From: Candidatus Latescibacterota bacterium
Lineage (GTDB): Bacteria; Latescibacterota; UBA2968; GCA-2709665
DNA length: 64,000 bases
Reading direction: 5' to 3'
Assembly (NCBI GenBank): GCA_965219995.1
Contig: CBDCOX010000002.1
Location: 192,001 to 256,000 of the forward strand
The number at the start of each line of letters is the position of its first letter. Position 1 is the stretch's first letter. Shown here piece by piece: positions 20,066 through 30,544 of this stretch. A program made the translations under genes and the position numbers. The notes under the pieces are model-generated. The model saw only the letters and a program-made list of their open reading frames with translations, made no database searches and was not told where the DNA came from.

Positions 20066-20944
20066 ATGGAATATGCAGATACAGTCAAGGGAGTCCGGGA
20101 GGCGCCCGACGGGGATTTGCGTACTGCACCCGGTTTTCTGACCGGGATGAAGCAGCGGGGTGAACCCATCGCCATGCTCACCTGCTACGATTTCCCCTCC
20201 GCCATCCTTCAGGACGCGTCGGACGTGGACGTCATCCTGGTGGGCGATTCGGTGGGGATAAATATCCTGGGGTACGAAAGTCCGCAGCAGGTCACGATGG
20301 CGGATATGCTTCACCATACCCGCGCGGTCAGGCGTGGCGTGCAGAAGGCAGTCCTGTTGGCAGATCTGCCATACCGGTCGTACGAAACGGATTCCAATGC
20401 CGTTGAAAATGCACGGATGCTGGCGGATGCGGGGGCCGATATGGTAAAGCTCGAAGGCGCGGAGGAAGTGGCGGGGAGGATCGGAGCGATAACCGCCGAG
20501 GGCATACCGGTCGTTGGCCACGTGGGTCATATGCCGCAGACGTGGAAGGGAAACCGGCATGTCTACGGAGACCGCGCCGATGAAGCGGCCCTGGTTCTTG
20601 CAGGTGCACTCGCGCTGGAGGCTGCGGGTGCGGTCGCCGTGGTGCTCGAATGCGTTCCCGAACAGGTGGCCGGCGTTGTTTCGCGGGCGCTGGGTATTCC
20701 CACAATCGGGATCGGGTCGGGTCGACGGTGCGACGGTCAGGTGCTTGTGACGCCGGACCTTTTGGGCCTCAACGACTTTTCGTTTCGGTATTCCAAGCGC
20801 TACGCGGAGTTGGGAACCACCATTTGCGACGCGTTTTCGGCCTACGTCAAGGATGTAAAGGCGAAGCGGTATCCAGCCGAAGAGCATCGATATCGAATCA
20901 GAAACGAAGAATTGAGGAAGTTCAAGGCCCTCGCAGGGGAATGA
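20066..20944 (+). CDS. panB: 3-methyl-2-oxobutanoate hydroxymethyltransferase
   Basis: LTCYD, LVGDS, ADLPY, VKLEG, PTIGIGSG..CDGQVLV. Confidence 0.95.
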   Translation: MEYADTVKGVREAPDGDLRTAPGFLTGMKQRGEPIAMLTCYDFPSAILQDASDVDVILVGDSVGINILGYESPQQVTMADMLHHTRAVRRGVQKAVLLADLPYRSYETDSNAVENARMLADAGADMVKLEGAEEVAGRIGAITAEGIPVVGHVGHMPQTWKGNRHVYGDRADEAALVLAGALALEAAGAVAVVLECVPEQVAGVVSRALGIPTIGIGSGRRCDGQVLVTPDLLGLNDFSFRYSKRYAELGTTICDAFSAYVKDVKAKRYPAEEHRYRIRNEELRKFKALAGE

Positions 20945-21033
20945 ACGCAACGTCGATACGTCGGGCGACACCACCGAGGGGCGGGGATCTCCCGCCCCTT
21001 GTTTCTTGTCTGGAGACAGGCGGCTCGCGAAGC

Positions 21034-21915
21034 ATGGAAACGGTAAGGGTCATACGTACCGCGAGAGAGATGCACCGCATCGCCGACCGGATGCGCGGAG
21101 ACGGATTCCGGATCGGGCTGGTTCCCACGATGGGATCTCTGCACCCGGGCCATTCGAGCCTGATTCGCATGGTGGATCGGGTGGCCGACCGGACGGTCGT
21201 GAGTGTCTTCGTCAACCCCGCGCAGTTCGGGCCCCAGGAGGATTTCGATACGTATCCGCGCGATTTCGAGCGCGACCGGGCCGTGGTTCGCGCCCAGGGA
21301 GGCGACCTGATCTACGCGCCGTCCGTGGAAGAGATGTATCCGCAAGGTTATGCGACCTACCTCGAGGTGGAACGACTGACGGACCATCTGTGCGGCGCTT
21401 CCCGTCCCGGTCATTTCAGAGGGGTGGCCACGGTGGTGACCAAACTTTTCGCGGCCGTGAAGCCGCACGTGGCCGTTTTCGGGCAGAAAGACGCCCAGCA
21501 GGCGGGTGTTGTCCGCCGGTTGACGAGAGACTTGAACCTCGACGTGGAAATCCTGATCGCGCCGACGGTGAGAGAGGCGGACGGGCTGGCGAAGAGTTCC
21601 CGCAACCGCAACCTTTCACCCCGGCATCGGCGGCGCGCCGCGGTAATCTACATGGCCTTGCAGGAAGGGAGGGACCTGGTGCTGGCGGGCGAAAAGCGCG
21701 CGTGCGCGGTAATCGACGCCATGGATCGACGCGTACGCCGGAAACCGGGCGCGGAGGTCGATTACATCGCGGCGGTCGATGTTCGGGATTTCCGGCCGCT
21801 GGACGTGATCGAGGGCCGGGTCCTTCTGGCGGCGGCCGTCCGTTTCGGCCAATCCCGGCTTATCGACAATATCGTCGTGGAAACCGACGGGCGGGCAGTT
21901 CAGGAAATACGATAA
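21034..21915 (+). CDS. panC: Pantoate--beta-alanine ligase
   Basis: VPTMGSLHPGH, FVNPAQF, RPGHFRGV, FGQKDAQQ, SSRN, RLIDN. Confidence 0.96.
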   Translation: METVRVIRTAREMHRIADRMRGDGFRIGLVPTMGSLHPGHSSLIRMVDRVADRTVVSVFVNPAQFGPQEDFDTYPRDFERDRAVVRAQGGDLIYAPSVEEMYPQGYATYLEVERLTDHLCGASRPGHFRGVATVVTKLFAAVKPHVAVFGQKDAQQAGVVRRLTRDLNLDVEILIAPTVREADGLAKSSRNRNLSPRHRRRAAVIYMALQEGRDLVLAGEKRACAVIDAMDRRVRRKPGAEVDYIAAVDVRDFRPLDVIEGRVLLAAAVRFGQSRLIDNIVVETDGRAVQEIR

Positions 21916-21955
21916 GTGTAAGTTTTTGTTATATGTAAGGGGGCCTGGAAATCGC

Positions 21956-21984
21956 TTGACGATAAGCCCGGACTTCGTTATATT
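21956..21984 (+). promoter_or_regulatory. Putative sigma70 promoter for sodA
   Basis: TTGACG-17 nt-TATATT. Confidence 0.6.
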
Positions 21985-22055
21985 TTGTGTTATTCTCATT
22001 CGATAGTTATGTCAGGTTCAGTCGATCATCCTCATCCAATCAAGGAGTGTACACA

Positions 22056-22670
22056 ATGGCACATTCACTACCCGATCTGCCGTACGGTTTCGATGCTCTT
22101 GAGCCCCATATAGACGCACGCACCATGGAGATTCACCATGGCAGGCACCATAACACCTATGTCACCAACCTGAACAACGCACTCGAGGGGCACGACGACC
22201 TTGCCGCCCTGAGTGTGGAAGATCTGATCAGCAATCTGGATGGTGTTCCCGAGGCGATTCGCACGGCGGTTCGGAACAACGGCGGCGGTCATGCCAATCA
22301 CAGTCTGTTCTGGACAATCATGTCGCCCGGTGGAGGCGGAGAACCCTCCGGAGATCTGGCCGACGCCATCAACGCCGCGTTCGGCAGCCTGGACGCGGCA
22401 CGGGACGAGTTCGTCCAGGCTGCAACCACCCGCTTCGGCAGCGGATGGGCATGGGTGGTCGTGAAGGACGGCAAGCTGGAGATTCTCAGTACCGCGAATC
22501 AGGACAGCCCGCTGATGACGGGCGACGGCACGCCCATCCTCGGACTGGACGTCTGGGAGCACGCCTATTATCTGAATTATCAGAACCGGCGTCCGGATTA
22601 TATCGAGGCCTGGGGAAACGTGATTGACTGGGACGCGGTGGCGGCCCGGTTCACGGAAGCAGCCGCGTAA
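22056..22670 (+). CDS. sodA: Superoxide dismutase, Mn-type signature
   Basis: [41 protein letters not shown]. Confidence 0.95.
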   Translation: MAHSLPDLPYGFDALEPHIDARTMEIHHGRHHNTYVTNLNNALEGHDDLAALSVEDLISNLDGVPEAIRTAVRNNGGGHANHSLFWTIMSPGGGGEPSGDLADAINAAFGSLDAARDEFVQAATTRFGSGWAWVVVKDGKLEILSTANQDSPLMTGDGTPILGLDVWEHAYYLNYQNRRPDYIEAWGNVIDWDAVAARFTEAAA

Positions 22671-22749
22671 CCACAGGACGGAACAATGTTGACGGTTGTG
22701 CAGTCAGTTTGAGTGTACGGCCGGTATTCCGGAATCACACGAAAGGATC

Positions 22750-23232
22750 ATGACCATGGGGATCAACGTAGGCGACCAGGCGCCCGACTTCACGCTAACA
22801 AGCAAACGCGGCGACCTGGAAGACGTTGCATTGAGCAGTTTCAGGGGAAACAGAAACGTCGTGCTGCTTTTTTTTCCGCTGGCGTATACGTCGGTCTGCA
22901 CCGACGAAATGTGTTCGGTGAGCGGCGGTCTTTCCGAATACGACAACCTGAACGCGCAGGTGCTGGCCATCAGCGTGGACAGTCCGTTCGCTCAGGAGGC
23001 CTGGGCGGATCAGAACAACATATCCATCCCGTTGCTGAGTGATTTCAACAAGGAAGTGAGCGCCGCCTACGGAGCCCAATATCAGGATCTGTTGGGTTTC
23101 AGGGGTGTCGCAAAACGAGCGGCGTTCGTTGTCGACAAGGAAGGGATCGTCCGGTACGCGGAGGTCTCGGAGGACGCCACCGTATTGCCGGACTTCGACG
23201 CCGTAAAACGCTGTCTTTCCGAAATCGGATGA
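22750..23232 (+). CDS. Peroxiredoxin (AhpC/TSA redoxin)
   Basis: GDQAPDFTL, FFPLAYTSVCTDEMC (PxxxTxxC), ISVDS, LLSDF. Confidence 0.9.
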   Translation: MTMGINVGDQAPDFTLTSKRGDLEDVALSSFRGNRNVVLLFFPLAYTSVCTDEMCSVSGGLSEYDNLNAQVLAISVDSPFAQEAWADQNNISIPLLSDFNKEVSAAYGAQYQDLLGFRGVAKRAAFVVDKEGIVRYAEVSEDATVLPDFDAVKRCLSEIG

Positions 23233-23690
23233 GCGGAAGTGGTTCTAGTGTCCAGTCCCAAAAATACCTCACCGTTCTTCCGTCGATTCATCCCGACTCG
23301 ACGGCCGAATTCAGGCAACTTATTTCCGGGACAGAACACCAGGTCGCCGGGAAGGTCGAGGGTAAAATGGTAACGGTCACCGAAGCTGCCGCGGTAAAGA
23401 TCAAGGATCTGCTGGAACGCGAAGGCGTTCCGGATGCGGGTCTCCGGATGAAGGTGGTGGGAGGCGGGTGCTCCGGACTGCAGTACCAGTTGGGCTTCGA
23501 AGATGGCCCCGGCGAAGACGACGACACCATAGAGTGCAAGGGCGTCAGGGTGTTTGTGGACATGAAAAGCGCACTCTATCTCGCCGGGTCCGAACTGGAT
23601 TATGACGATGGGCTGATGGGGGTCGGCTTTAAGGTACTCAATCCCAACGCCACGAATCAGTGCGGCTGCGGGGAATCGTTTGGCGTATGA
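23229..23690 (+). CDS. Fe-S cluster assembly accessory protein (IscA/ErpA/HesB)
   Basis: GGGCSG and NPN..QCGCGESF. The core domain begins at ATG 23367; the upstream ATG overlaps the peroxiredoxin stop. Confidence 0.92.
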   Translation: MSGSGSSVQSQKYLTVLPSIHPDSTAEFRQLISGTEHQVAGKVEGKMVTVTEAAAVKIKDLLEREGVPDAGLRMKVVGGGCSGLQYQLGFEDGPGEDDDTIECKGVRVFVDMKSALYLAGSELDYDDGLMGVGFKVLNPNATNQCGCGESFGV

Positions 23691-23739
23691 TGGAATGAAC
23701 CGGTTCGGCCTGCTGTGGCGGCCGATGGACTGTCAAGGG

Positions 23740-23773
23740 AGGGAGGGGTCCGGTTCGGATGCCTCCCTTTGTT
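23740..23773 (+). terminator. Intrinsic terminator after sodA-prx-iscA
   Basis: AGGGAGG.GTCCG-gtt-CGGAT.CCTCCCT followed by TTGTT. Confidence 0.7.
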
Positions 23774-23990
23774 ATCCGATCGAACTGTTGAACCGGAGTC
23801 TTATGTTGTTCTTGCTGCACATTGCACGTCTGCTCCCGCAAGGGTCGCGGCGGCAATTGGCTCTGTTCGGGAATTCCGGAGAACCGGCGTCGCATTGTTG
23901 CAGGGACCGAGAGCGACAATTCACGGCGGGGCCAAATGTGCGTAAATCGATTGACCTGGACCTCAATTCTTACGAAAACGGGAGGCTTCA

Positions 23991-25790
23991 ATGGCGCTGG
24001 ATGCAACCTCAGTCAGTCTTGCCATTGCATGCGCGATTCTCCTCTTCGTTGCCGGTTGGTTCTTGTGCGCGAGGCTCAAGGCCCGCAAGATTCAGGAAAT
24101 TGAACACCACACTGAGCGTCGCATTTCGAAAATGGTCGAGAAGGCGGGCAGGGAGCGCAGAGCCACATTTCTTGAAGAGAAGAACAGATGGTACGACGCC
24201 AAGAACACGTTCGAGCACGAACTGGATACCAAGAGGCGAGAACTGGAACGCCGGGACGAGGACCTCAATGAAAAAGAGAGCGGCATACTGGAGCAGCGCG
24301 AGAACCTCAAACAGCGAGCCAGGGAGTTGAATCGCCGGGAGCGCGACGTTCGGCAGCGCGCGGTACGAATGGATCAGAATCAGCAGGAACTCGAACAGGT
24401 GCTGACCGAACAGCGCGGACTGCTGGAACGCATATCCGGCATGAATGTCGACCGCGCCCGGGAGATGCTCCTGGAGAATATCGAGACCGATCTCCAGCAT
24501 ACGGCAACCGCCATGGGTATGGAGATCATCGATCAGGCCAGGGAGCGGTCCGAAAGGGAATCCAAAAAGATCATTGCGCAGGCGATTGAACGCTGTTCCA
24601 CCGATCAGACCGTGCAATCGTCGATTTCTGTCGTGGCGCTGCCCGACGACGATATCAAGGGGCGAATCGTCGGCAAGGAGGGGCGGAATATCATCTCGTT
24701 CGAGGCCGCAACCGGCGTGAAGGTGATCGTTAACGATACGCCGGAAGCCGTGGTTCTCTCCAGCTTCGATCCGGTAAAGCGGGACGTGGCCAGGCTGGCG
24801 ATGGAACAACTGGTGAAGGAGGGGCGAATCAATCCCGGCAGGGTGGAGGAAGTCGTGGCCGAATGCGAAAGCCGAATCGAGACCCTGATCGAAGAGGAGG
24901 GGCGGCGGGCGGTCAAGGAAGTCGGCATCGACGACATGCACTCCGAACTGGTAACGATGCTGGGACGCTTGAAATACCGGACCAGTTACGGACAGAGCGT
25001 ATTGGGACATTCCAAGGAGGTTGCCTTCCTGTCGGGCGCGATGGCGGCGGAGCTCCGGATGGACGAGAATCTGGCGCGTCGTGCCGGTCTGTTGCACGAC
25101 ATTGGCAAGGCGGTCGATCAGGAACAGGAAGGAACGCATACCGACATTGGCGTCGCGATGGTGCGCCGGCTCGGCGAAGGACCGGAGGTGGGGAACGCCA
25201 TTCTCTACCATCACGGAGACGCCGAAGCCAGTTCTCCCATTTCCTTCCTGGTAAAGGCAGCCGACGCCATTTCATCGTCCCGCCCCGGCGCCCGGCGTGA
25301 CGATGCGGAAGGGTACATTCGCAGAGTTCGGGATCTCGAGGATATCGCGCGGGGTTTCCAAGGGGTTCGTGACGCGTATGCCATCAATGCGGGCCGCGAG
25401 ATCCGTGTGATGGTGAATGCCGGCCGGGTGGACGACGAGCACGCCAGGGGGCTTTCTTTCGAAATCGCGCAGCGTATCCGTGAGGGGATGACCTATCCCG
25501 GCGAGATTCAGGTTACGATAATCCGGCAGACGGTCGCCACCCAGTGGGCGGGCCGTTCAAACAAGCGGCGCAAGGGCAGGTCCCGGAACAGGAGAGGAGA
25601 ACGCCGTTATGAAAAAGGTCGGTCACGAAATGACACTGACCGAAAAAATGTATCTTCCGGCAATCACAAAGGGTCTGTCGTTGACCTTCAGGCATCTGCT
25701 CGGCAAAAAGATCACGATGCAGTATCCGGAGGAAACCTGGACAAAACCCGGCGGATACCGGGGGCTGCACAAGCTAACGAAGGACGATAA
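23991..25790 (+). CDS. rny: Ribonuclease Y, with long C-terminal extension
   Basis: N-terminal TM anchor, coiled coil, KH (KGRIVGKEGRNI), HD (RTSYGQ, LLHDIGK), YAINAGREIRV, YPGEIQVT. Confidence 0.95.
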   Translation: MALDATSVSLAIACAILLFVAGWFLCARLKARKIQEIEHHTERRISKMVEKAGRERRATFLEEKNRWYDAKNTFEHELDTKRRELERRDEDLNEKESGILEQRENLKQRARELNRRERDVRQRAVRMDQNQQELEQVLTEQRGLLERISGMNVDRAREMLLENIETDLQHTATAMGMEIIDQARERSERESKKIIAQAIERCSTDQTVQSSISVVALPDDDIKGRIVGKEGRNIISFEAATGVKVIVNDTPEAVVLSSFDPVKRDVARLAMEQLVKEGRINPGRVEEVVAECESRIETLIEEEGRRAVKEVGIDDMHSELVTMLGRLKYRTSYGQSVLGHSKEVAFLSGAMAAELRMDENLARRAGLLHDIGKAVDQEQEGTHTDIGVAMVRRLGEGPEVGNAILYHHGDAEASSPISFLVKAADAISSSRPGARRDDAEGYIRRVRDLEDIARGFQGVRDAYAINAGREIRVMVNAGRVDDEHARGLSFEIAQRIREGMTYPGEIQVTIIRQTVATQWAGRSNKRRKGRSRNRRGERRYEKGRSRNDTDRKNVSSGNHKGSVVDLQASARQKDHDAVSGGNLDKTRRIPGAAQANEGR

Positions 25791-26106
25791 GGGCCGCCCC
25801 AAATGTGTCGCGTGCTACATGTGCGCCACGGCGTGTCCCGCCGAATGCATCGCCATCGAAGCCGAAGAAGCGCCCTGGGAGGACCGGGAGAAGCATCCCA
25901 GGCGATTTGACATCGATATGCTGCGTTGTATTTTCTGCGGCATGTGCGTCGAAGCCTGTCCCGAAGACGCGATCGTCATGACGGAGCGAACCGAACTGGC
26001 GGCGGAAACCCGGGCTGAGCTGATTTATACCAAAGAGCGGCTGCTGGCCGTTGAAGACCGGGTGACCCTTACGCCGCCTAGAAGGCCGCTGGAAGATACA
26101 CGGTGA
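25609..26106 (+). CDS. nuoI: NADH-quinone oxidoreductase subunit I (stand-alone)
   Basis: TMQYPEE, YRGLH, CVACYMCATACP, IDMLRCIFCGMCVEACPEDAI. Strong AGGAGA RBS. Confidence 0.9.
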   Translation: MKKVGHEMTLTEKMYLPAITKGLSLTFRHLLGKKITMQYPEETWTKPGGYRGLHKLTKDDKGRPKCVACYMCATACPAECIAIEAEEAPWEDREKHPRRFDIDMLRCIFCGMCVEACPEDAIVMTERTELAAETRAELIYTKERLLAVEDRVTLTPPRRPLEDTR

Positions 26107-26127
26107 GCCGGCGGGTGGTTGGGCTCC

Positions 26128-26508
26128 ATGGCAGAGATTTATAGTGAAATCGCCCTCGATCACTTCAGGAATCCTCGCAATGCCGGAACCATGCGCGACG
26201 CGGACGGCGTCGGCTCGGTGGAAAATCCGGCATCCGGCGCGGTGGTCTCGCTTCAACTGAAAGTTGTCGATGAACGGGTCGTCGGGGCGATGTTTCAGGC
26301 CCAGGGCTGCACGGCAACCATCGCCGCGGCTTCCATATTAACGGAGATGGTGGCGGGCCTGCCGGTTGCGGCGGCGGCGGCGGTTACGCGTGCGGATGTC
26401 GAGGCCGGATTGGGCGGTTTGCCGCCGACAAGAAGACATGCCGCCGCGCTGGCCAGAGACGCGGTCAGGGCGGCGCTGGCGGATTTCAGGGCCCGGGTGA
26501 AGGCCTGA
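26128..26508 (+). CDS. IscU/NifU-N-like scaffold protein, degenerate (single Cys)
   Basis: YSEIALDHFRNPRNAG, GCTATIAAAS, LGGLPP. Two of the three scaffold Cys are missing. Confidence 0.8.
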   Translation: MAEIYSEIALDHFRNPRNAGTMRDADGVGSVENPASGAVVSLQLKVVDERVVGAMFQAQGCTATIAAASILTEMVAGLPVAAAAAVTRADVEAGLGGLPPTRRHAAALARDAVRAALADFRARVKA

Positions 26509-26534
26509 CGGCTCAAATACTGTTGTTCATACAC

Positions 26535-26566
26535 AAGGACAGGGCGCGTCCGTTCCCTGTCCTTTT
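26535..26566 (+). terminator. Intrinsic terminator
   Basis: AAGGACAGGG-10 nt-CCCTGTCCTT followed by TT. Confidence 0.7.
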
Positions 26567-26583
26567 GGGCTTGTTTGGCGCCC

Positions 26584-27828
26584 ATGGCGGCGGATATGGT
26601 CATCGGAAAGCGGCAGTTGACCGCGCAGATCAAGCGGAAGGCGAACAGGATGGGGTTCGGCCCCGTCGGGGTCGCGCCCGCCGGCCCGCCGGAGCACTGG
26701 GACTTTTTTCTGGACTGGCTGACACGGGGGTATGGCGGTCAGATGGCCTATCTCGGTCGGAATCTCGACCGCAGGTCGCATCCGGGGCAAGTGCTTCCGG
26801 GCGCCAGGAGCGTCCTCTGCGTGGGGATGAATTACGATCAGGAACCAGGCGATCATCCCGTCAACGGGCCGCGGAGGGGCAAGATTTCCAGGTATGCAAG
26901 GGGCGACGACTATCACGACATGATGTCTGCCCGTCTGAAGCGTCTCCTGGAATGGATTCAGGTGCGGGAACCCCGCGCGAAGGGACGGATCTACGTGGAC
27001 ACCGGGCCGGTGCTCGAGCGCGATTTCGCCGCCCGCGCCGGCATGGGATGGTTCGGCAAGCACACCAACCTCATCCACAAGCGCAGAGGGTCGTGGTTTT
27101 TCCTGGGCGAAATCCTGCTGACCATCCCTCTGGTCTACGACCGTCCCGTTGCCGACCATTGCGGGACCTGCACGTTGTGTATGGATGCCTGCCCCACCGA
27201 TGCGATTCCACAGCCCTACGTGCTGGATTCCAATCGATGCATCTCGTATCTGACGATTGAGCTGAAAGGGTCCATTCCAAGGGCGTATCGGGAAAAAGTA
27301 GGAAACTGGATCTATGGATGCGACATCTGCCAGGAAGTCTGCCCGTGGAACCGGAAACACGCCGCCCCGACGACGGAGCCCGCGCTGAAAGCCCGCGATG
27401 GCCTGGACGCGCCCGATCTCTCCGAATTGCTTGCCATGGACCAGGCGGCATTCAGCCGGCGGTTCCGCGGAAGCCCCATCAAACGCGCCAAACGACGCGG
27501 TCTGTTGCGGAACGCCGCCGTGGCCCTGGGCAATCGGGGAAGAGCGGACGATATTCCCGCGCTGTCTGCGGCGCTTTCCGATCCTGAACCCCTTGTGCGC
27601 GGGCATGCGGCATGGGCATTGGGCCGTATCGGCGGTCCCGAGGCCCGCCGCGCGCTTTCGGCGGCCCGCGGCTCCGAGACCGACGCGGCCGTCCGAGAGG
27701 AAATCGGACAGGCGATAAACGAGATCGAACGGGATGGCGAAGAACGGGGACACCGCTGCCTGAAGCAGGAAGTTCCCGTCAAACCGAAGAAGGGCCATCA
27801 TCACGGAGTGCCGCATGCAGCTTCTTGA
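26584..27828 (+). CDS. queG: Epoxyqueuosine reductase
   Basis: SRYARGDDYH, VDTGPVLER, GSWFFLG, CGTCTLCMDACPT, CISYLTIE, GCDICQEVCPWN, C-terminal HEAT repeats. Confidence 0.96.
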   Translation: MAADMVIGKRQLTAQIKRKANRMGFGPVGVAPAGPPEHWDFFLDWLTRGYGGQMAYLGRNLDRRSHPGQVLPGARSVLCVGMNYDQEPGDHPVNGPRRGKISRYARGDDYHDMMSARLKRLLEWIQVREPRAKGRIYVDTGPVLERDFAARAGMGWFGKHTNLIHKRRGSWFFLGEILLTIPLVYDRPVADHCGTCTLCMDACPTDAIPQPYVLDSNRCISYLTIELKGSIPRAYREKVGNWIYGCDICQEVCPWNRKHAAPTTEPALKARDGLDAPDLSELLAMDQAAFSRRFRGSPIKRAKRRGLLRNAAVALGNRGRADDIPALSAALSDPEPLVRGHAAWALGRIGGPEARRALSAARGSETDAAVREEIGQAINEIERDGEERGHRCLKQEVPVKPKKGHHHGVPHAAS

Positions 27829-29191
27829 CATCGAACGGCAGCCGGACATTTCCACGGAGGAAGATCTGATTCCGCGCGTTTCCGCGGCGGCGCGGCGGGT
27901 CTATATCGAAACCTATGGCTGCCAGATGAACGTGTCCGACACGGAACTGATGACGGGCGTTCTGAAGAAGGCGGGTTTCCGCACGGCGATCGGCGTTGAA
28001 GATGCGGACGTGGTGCTGTTGAACACCTGCGCCATTCGAGAGCGCGCTGAAGAGCGGGTGGTGGGCCGGCTCTCGCAGCTCAGCCAGGCGAAACGGTCGC
28101 GCCCGGACCTCGTACTCGGCGTGAGCGGATGCATGGCCAAGCACCTTGCCGAACAGCTCCTCAACGAGTTGCCTTACGTGGACCTCGTGGTCGGGCCCGA
28201 TTCCTATCGCCGCCTGCCCGAACTGATCGGTGAAGCGTCCGGGAATCCGGCGCTTGACGTGCGGCTCGACCGCCGCGAGGACTATCTGGAACTGGATCCC
28301 GTACGGCAGGCGGGTACCAACGCCTGGATCACGATCATGCGGGGATGCGACAAGTTCTGCACGTTCTGCATTGTGCCCTATGTCCGCGGTCGGGAGCGGA
28401 GCGTGCCTGCGGCCGACCTGTTGCGCCAGGTCCGGATGGCCGCGTCGGAGGGGTTCCAGGAGGTGACCCTTCTAGGACAGACCGTGAACTCCTATCACGA
28501 CGGAGAAACCGATTTTGCCGACCTCCTGAAGCTGGTGGCCGGTGTGGAGGGAATTCGGCGGATTCGCTTTACGTCGCCGCATCCCAGTGACTTTTCGCCG
28601 AAACTGATCGATACGATGGCAGAGGAGAGGAAAATCTGCCGGTTCATCCATCTGCCGGTACAGTCCGGTTCCGACAGGGTTCTGAAGGCGATGAAGCGGA
28701 CCTATTCCCCCGAAGGGTACATGGACCTGGTCGCACGCCTGCGGGCCGCCCTGCCGGGGCTCTGCCTGTCCACGGACATCATCGTGGGATTCCCGGGTGA
28801 GGAGGATTCGGATTTCGAATCGACCCTGGCGCTGATGCGGCGTGTACGGTACGACTCGGCCTTTATGTTCAAATATTCACCCAGGAAGGGTACGGTGGCC
28901 TACAGGGAGATTCCCGATACGGTCCCGGAGACCGAAAAGGCGCTGAGGCTGGAGGCCGTGATTGCCCGGCAGACGAGGATCTCCGGCGAGATCAACAGGC
29001 GTTACGTCGGAAAGCTGGAGAAGGTGCTCGTCGAGGGCGATGCAAGGCGGGGCAAGGGACAGGCGGTGGGAAAATCAGACGGATTCAAAACCGTGGTGTT
29101 TCCGAGAAGCGGGGTCGGGACGAATACATTCGTGGATGTCAGAATCACCGACGCAACCTCGCACACGTTGATCGGTCATCCCGAAACCTGA
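27815..29191 (+). CDS. miaB: tRNA-i6A37 methylthiotransferase
   Basis: ETYGCQMN, NTCAIRE, GCDKFCTFCIVP, RFTSPHP, TDIIVGFPGE, TRAM domain. Confidence 0.97.
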   Translation: MQLLDIERQPDISTEEDLIPRVSAAARRVYIETYGCQMNVSDTELMTGVLKKAGFRTAIGVEDADVVLLNTCAIRERAEERVVGRLSQLSQAKRSRPDLVLGVSGCMAKHLAEQLLNELPYVDLVVGPDSYRRLPELIGEASGNPALDVRLDRREDYLELDPVRQAGTNAWITIMRGCDKFCTFCIVPYVRGRERSVPAADLLRQVRMAASEGFQEVTLLGQTVNSYHDGETDFADLLKLVAGVEGIRRIRFTSPHPSDFSPKLIDTMAEERKICRFIHLPVQSGSDRVLKAMKRTYSPEGYMDLVARLRAALPGLCLSTDIIVGFPGEEDSDFESTLALMRRVRYDSAFMFKYSPRKGTVAYREIPDTVPETEKALRLEAVIARQTRISGEINRRYVGKLEKVLVEGDARRGKGQAVGKSDGFKTVVFPRSGVGTNTFVDVRITDATSHTLIGHPET

Positions 29192-29237
29192 GTTGTCGTG
29201 AAGGGCCCGGCAATCGACACCGTGCCGCGACGCCTTT

Positions 29238-30125
29238 ATGATCCTGCAAATCGAAAACCAGAACCCGAGAAAAAACCGGCGGCTGCCGGACTGGTTCCGG
29301 GTACCCGCGCCAGGCAATGCCGGGTACCGGGAATTGAAACGCCTGATGCGGGAACTGGACCTGCACACCGTTTGCGAAAGTGCACGGTGTCCGAATATCG
29401 GCGAATGCTGGGGCGCCGGTACGGCCACGTTTATGATCCTGGGAGACATCTGTACCCGCAGTTGCGGGTTCTGCGCGGTAAAGACCGGTAGGCCGGAGGG
29501 CCTCGATCTGGGAGAACCCGGCAGGGTCGCCGAGGCTGTGCGGCGGCTGGGCCTGAGACATGCCGTCGTGACTTCCGTGAACCGTGACGAATTGCCGGAC
29601 GGAGGAGCGTCGATTTTTGCAGCCACCATCCGGGCGATCCGCCGGTTGCGGCCCGAAACCCGGGTGGAAGTCCTGATTCCGGATTTTCAGGGAAACTGGC
29701 CGGCGCTGGAGACGGTGATGTCCGCCGGCCCCGACATACTGAACCACAATGTGGAAACCCCGCCCAGACTGTACCGCCTGATGCGCCCGCAGGCGAATTA
29801 TACCCGATCTCTCGAACTGCTGAGGCGCGCCCGAAAGGCCGACCCACGTATTGCAACGAAGTCAGGGATCATGGTCGGCGCGGGCGAGAGCGTGGAAGAG
29901 GTGTATCAGACCATCGTCGACATTGCCGAACAGGGAACGGATATTCTCACGGTGGGTCAATACCTGCAGCCTTCGCCGACCCACGTTTCCATTGCCAGAT
30001 TCTACCGTCCGGAAGAATTCCGGAAGATCCGGACTTTTGCGGAAATGCGAGGTTTCCGCCACGTGGAGTCGGGTCCGCTGGTACGGAGTTCCTACCACGC
30101 CGCAAGCCACGTTTCCGCAGGGTGA
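29238..30125 (+). CDS. lipA: Lipoyl synthase
   Basis: [40 protein letters not shown]. Confidence 0.97.
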   Translation: MILQIENQNPRKNRRLPDWFRVPAPGNAGYRELKRLMRELDLHTVCESARCPNIGECWGAGTATFMILGDICTRSCGFCAVKTGRPEGLDLGEPGRVAEAVRRLGLRHAVVTSVNRDELPDGGASIFAATIRAIRRLRPETRVEVLIPDFQGNWPALETVMSAGPDILNHNVETPPRLYRLMRPQANYTRSLELLRRARKADPRIATKSGIMVGAGESVEEVYQTIVDIAEQGTDILTVGQYLQPSPTHVSIARFYRPEEFRKIRTFAEMRGFRHVESGPLVRSSYHAASHVSAG

Positions 30126-30129
30126 GTGC

Positions 30130-30522
30130 GTGTTCAAGTTGAATCTGCGACGTGCGAAAGACCGGCGTGGCGCCGGTCGTTCCGCTCCCGGCGGCTCAGG
30201 CCGACAGCAGCGGTTCTTTCGCGTGGCTTCGATCCGGGAAGTCCCGCCCGGAAAGGGCAAGCTGGTGACGATGATGGGACGTGAAATCGGGCTGTTCAAC
30301 GTGGCCGGCAGAATCGAGGCGCTTGACAACGTCTGCCCCCACAACCAGCGACCCATCGGCACCGAAGGGATCAGCGGCGCCACGCTGACCTGTTTCTGGC
30401 ACAACCTCACATTCGATCTCGAGTCCGGAATCTGTACCGAGGCGCCGCATTTCAAGATCAGGAAATACCCCGTACGTGTCCGGGAGGATGAAATTTACGT
30501 CTCTCCCGATGCCGGGGTCTGA
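30130..30522 (+). CDS. Rieske [2Fe-2S] ferredoxin
   Basis: CPH...CFWH Rieske ligands. Start uncertain. Confidence 0.82.
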   Translation: MFKLNLRRAKDRRGAGRSAPGGSGRQQRFFRVASIREVPPGKGKLVTMMGREIGLFNVAGRIEALDNVCPHNQRPIGTEGISGATLTCFWHNLTFDLESGICTEAPHFKIRKYPVRVREDEIYVSPDAGV

Positions 30523-30544
30523 CGGGTTGCCGGGCGCTTTGGAG

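Noticed and set aside
23780-23990. Possible 6S RNA upstream of rny
   Set aside because: The position is suggestive, but I could not see the long paired rod with a central bubble. It needs an Infernal search.
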